Shown here one piece after another: positions 24,119 through 64,000 of a DNA stretch of 64,000 bases; positions within the stretch are counted from its first letter, which is position 1, and the number at the start of each line of letters is the position of its first letter. The notes under the pieces were generated by a model. That model saw nothing but the letters and a program-made list of their open reading frames with translations, ran no database searches and was not told the origin of the DNA. The translations under genes were made by a program, and so were the position numbers. Source of the DNA: Podarcis tiliguerta (lineage: Eukaryota); NCBI GenBank assembly GCA_965153285.1, contig OZ229113.1; one strand, 5' to 3'.

Positions 24119-26141
24119 TTTATTTAATTAATGCAACACCACATTTCACAGGATATGTATGGAATATTGTAGACCACTGAGTTAATACTGTCATTTTGCA
24201 TTGGATATAGTCAAATATTGTGTACCACAAGCAATAATTTGTTACACATTAACAAAGCAACTTGCCACAGGGAACACACTCCATGAAAGATATAGCTTTT
24301 TTTTTTTTTTACATAGTTTGTAAATTTGACGCCACTAGTAAATTACTTTTAGCAATATATTATGATTAACTATTTATCCTATGCTTTTAGATACTTTGTT
24401 GCAATTTTGGTGGTACTTTGCTGCCAGATTCTGTAATCTATTGAAGGTGTATGGGGCTTGTATTTTAAATATGTTATAGAAAAACTGTAATAATTGAAAA
24501 TAAAAATCTAAACAAGGTCTACATACCACTGAACTGTAATTTGCACTAACTTTCCAGAACACAGTTGTTTTGCTAACATAAGATTATTCCAAAGCACTAT
24601 CACACAGATGTTAATAATCAGAGTTTTAACGAGTTAAATCACATACTGAAGCACAAAGGTTATAGTACCACTGATGTTTTAAGATGTACAAGTACTTTTA
24701 AATGAACTTCACTGTAAAAGCACAATACAGAAGTCACTGTATTTACTTATCTATCCAACTGTAGATAATGGTTATGCACTGCTAGCTGGGATGATTTATA
24801 GAAATATGCTGGGATAGTAGTAAATAATTTAGAAATGGAATTTTATTTTTGCTGCTCCATGGAAAGCTGTGCTTCACTTAGATGCTACCAAAAGGCAGAG
24901 ACTTTGCTAACAGTCAACAGAAGAACAGACAGGTTTGGCGAGGCCCTTCTCAAAAATGATTTTTCACAAGCTTTTAAAAAAGCAATCAATATAAATAGCT
25001 GTGACAATATGTATAAGAGAATCTATAGCTTGCCTAATGACGTATCATTGAAACCATTAGCGTTTCCTTCATGACACCAAAATACTACAAATGACATTTG
25101 TTGCAAAAACCATGGGGGACAGGACCATTTGCAAGTTTACAAAGCATTGTGCAAACAGGAACAGATTTAGCCTCCATAAATATCACATGCGGCATTGACA
25201 GCTTCTGTCTGTGGGGAGAACAGTGATGCATCTAAAAAGCTTTACAGAACAGTACAAAAACTATCTGTTGAAGCCCAATTTAAGACACAAGCACTTCTAT
25301 ACATAATAAGGGAGGATGCAAACAAAACTGAAATGCATGGACCACATAGCAGATTACTTCAGATTTTTGTATCAAAACTGACTACATTGTATTGAGTCAT
25401 GAAATTCTGCTCTTCAAGTTAAAAAGCAAATATTCATATTTTTCTGAAATGAAAGTTCCTTAATAGTAGTATCCAAAGCAAAAGTTGAATAACTGGATTA
25501 TAAGTGACCACAATATTTCCCATGTGTGCAAAACAATAGTACATATGCAGTTGCAGGTAAAATATATTACTATATGCTGTGTACTTTTAAAAAAATCTTT
25601 CGACTCTTTGTGGAATTCACCATTACAAATCTTCATAAACCTCTGGTATATAACATTTCCCCAACATTACCCTTAAACAGTCATTAATTAAACTTTGGCA
25701 GTTCTTTGGTAAATACTTATAAATATACCAGTTTTCGGCTACTGGAAGTGACTCTAAGTTCTACCAGTCAGGAGGGTATTTAAAATAGTATTTAAAATAT
25801 TTTGTAATAAATAAATTTATGTGCACTAAAAGGATAAACGGTGCTCATGTTTTGTATTTAAATTAATTGGTGGGAACTTCTAATTTTGAACTTGAGTCCT
25901 GTGGGTTAAAATGGGATTTAAATATGCATAAACTTCCCTGCATTGTGCCCTATTAGTAGTGGCATAATAAAATCACATGTGGAATTAGCTTTGTGAAATA
26001 CCATATATACACACACACCTTTAAATTTTGTACATAGTGACATATTTAAAGTTCAGTGCATCTGACAAAACTATTGCACACAGAATTACATCAATGCCCA
26101 ATTCTAGGAGATAATACTCTTAGCAAACAAGTTTAAAGAAT
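24119..26141 (-). other. SYNJ1: SYNJ1 3'UTR with candidate poly(A) signal AATAAA at 24119-24124
   Basis: AU-rich stretch with no obvious repeats, ending in AATAAA on - strand; repeats resume below ~23.8 kb. Confidence 0.6.
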
Positions 26142-62479
<36,338 letters not shown>

Positions 62480-63857
62480 CTGTTTATAAAATGTGAAGGA
62501 TTCAAATTATGGCAAAAGAACTATACTTATGAAAGACTCTTCCACCTCATATCATATATATAAATGTTTTAAGTTCATTCTTGCATATACCACATGGTAC
62601 TTCCATTGTCGTGATGAGATCTGAGGTTCTGCTTTTCCCCATAAATACTGAGTTGGACAGAATACCATTTTGAGTAACTTTCTGTCTGACTTGGAAGCTT
62701 TTTGTATTTTCATCCATCTGTCTGTGGTCAGGAAGCCATTAAGAGTACTGCAGCATCCTGTTTTAGCTCCTACTTTAACAGGTCTTTGCACAATTTCTGG
62801 CCATTACAAAGGATTGTATTAAACAAGTTATTCGGAAAATTCCTCTTCAGTTAAATTCAAAGAAATGAAGTACTGCAAAAACAGCCTGCAGTTATTCTCC
62901 TGCTGCCTGTATCAGCAGCTTACATGTATAGTACAAAGATTCTAGAAATGTCATAGAACTGAAGCTCAGTTTGTAGGTGTACATATGGATAAGAGAAATG
63001 GGGAAAGGACTTACTCTTCGCCAGCCGAGATTAGAATCCAACTACAGATTACAAATTGACAAAACTCATATTTCTGAAGAACAAATACAAATTATAGTAA
63101 CATCACTAACTCTTAAGGTTCTAAGGGATGTGGGGAAGAAAAAGAATTTCTCCTTGTCCACGACCTTCTACTCAAATATAACATTCTTCTAATCCTTATT
63201 ACTGCTTTGCTAAGCCAAGATTTTGCAGCCATGATAAACTGATAGCAAGAGATACAGTGAAAATCCACTTCAGTAGCAGTAGACTCACTTGTACACAATG
63301 AAGCAGTAGACCTGTGACATCATAATCACACAAATTAATGAGGGGTGTCTTTCTCTGGGATTGAAATTTCAAACCAAATTTAAAGCATTTTTAATGGCAA
63401 TTCTTGTTCCTCTAAATCAGGGGTGGATCTCCATACATTGCTGAACTACAGCTTCCAGAGTTGCAGATGCTGGTCATGATTAGGCAGTCTTAAGAAGAAG
63501 GGAAAGATGCCAGTTAAGCTCCATACAGAGCACTTTGATGAACTGAGACATAAAAGGGCATATATAGGAGACTGAAAAAGGTATATGTAACAGGGATGTT
63601 TACAACAGTGCACCCCAAACTGTACGAACAGGAAGGATAAGACAAGAATGAGCTGCAAGGAAATGGCAGGTCTGCTGCTTAGACAAGACAGTAAGTATAA
63701 ACAAGTGATACAGTGAAAGAAGAACTACTCAAACTCATAGTTTGCCTCAATCTTCTACCACAAAACATACTGTGTTCTACCTGAGAAGAGAATGACAAAT
63801 GATATAAGGAGAGGCTTGAACCCCAAGAGATAGAGAATCCTTAGCAACTGTAAACAC

Positions 63858-64000
63858 GTTCAAGTCTCCAAGGCCAAATGAATTACACTCCATGGTGCTA
63901 AATGAGTTTGCAGGTATTTTCTCAAAACCACTGACTAATCTTATGAGAGCTCTTGGAGGATGAGTCAAGTCTCAAAACACTGGAGATAGGAACATTTGAG
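63858..64000 (+). mobile_element. Degenerate CR1 LINE ORF2 fragment
   Basis: Translates KSPRPNELHSMVLNEFAGIFSKPL, similar to CR1 KSPGPDxLHPRVLKELADVIxxPL. Confidence 0.7.

Overview
Vertebrate nuclear DNA, AT-rich, with GT-AG introns. A Sauria SINE, a BovB fragment, Squam-type SINEs and Penelope-like repeats point to a squamate, probably a lacertid lizard (inference). It is the conserved EVA1C - CFAP298 (C21orf59) - SYNJ1 syntenic block. (1) The last three coding exons of EVA1C lie on + (4915-7914). (2) CFAP298 is complete on - (7 coding exons, 873 nt = 290 aa, 20332-15005), with a probable non-coding first exon and a CpG-island/RFX promoter at ~22.1-22.7 kb. (3) SYNJ1 (synaptojanin-1) is nearly complete on - (62479-26142; the first exons lie beyond the window end), including its micro-exons, the stop-codon cassette exon that makes the short isoform, and a ~2 kb 3'UTR. 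Introns and intergenic DNA hold many SINEs, LINE fragments and MITEs, several with intact TIRs/TSDs. Most ORFs in the supplied track are spurious or intron-extended exons. I found no clearly new multi-gene system. The most unusual items are: a Penelope-derived palindrome with a hammerhead-ribozyme core between the SYNJ1 3' end and the CFAP298 promoter; a BovB fold-back hairpin; a chain of exon-like segments downstream of CFAP298; and a divergent EVA1C C-terminus. Exon boundaries were placed by eye from splice dinucleotides and reading-frame continuity. Comparisons with human proteins are from memory, not from searches.
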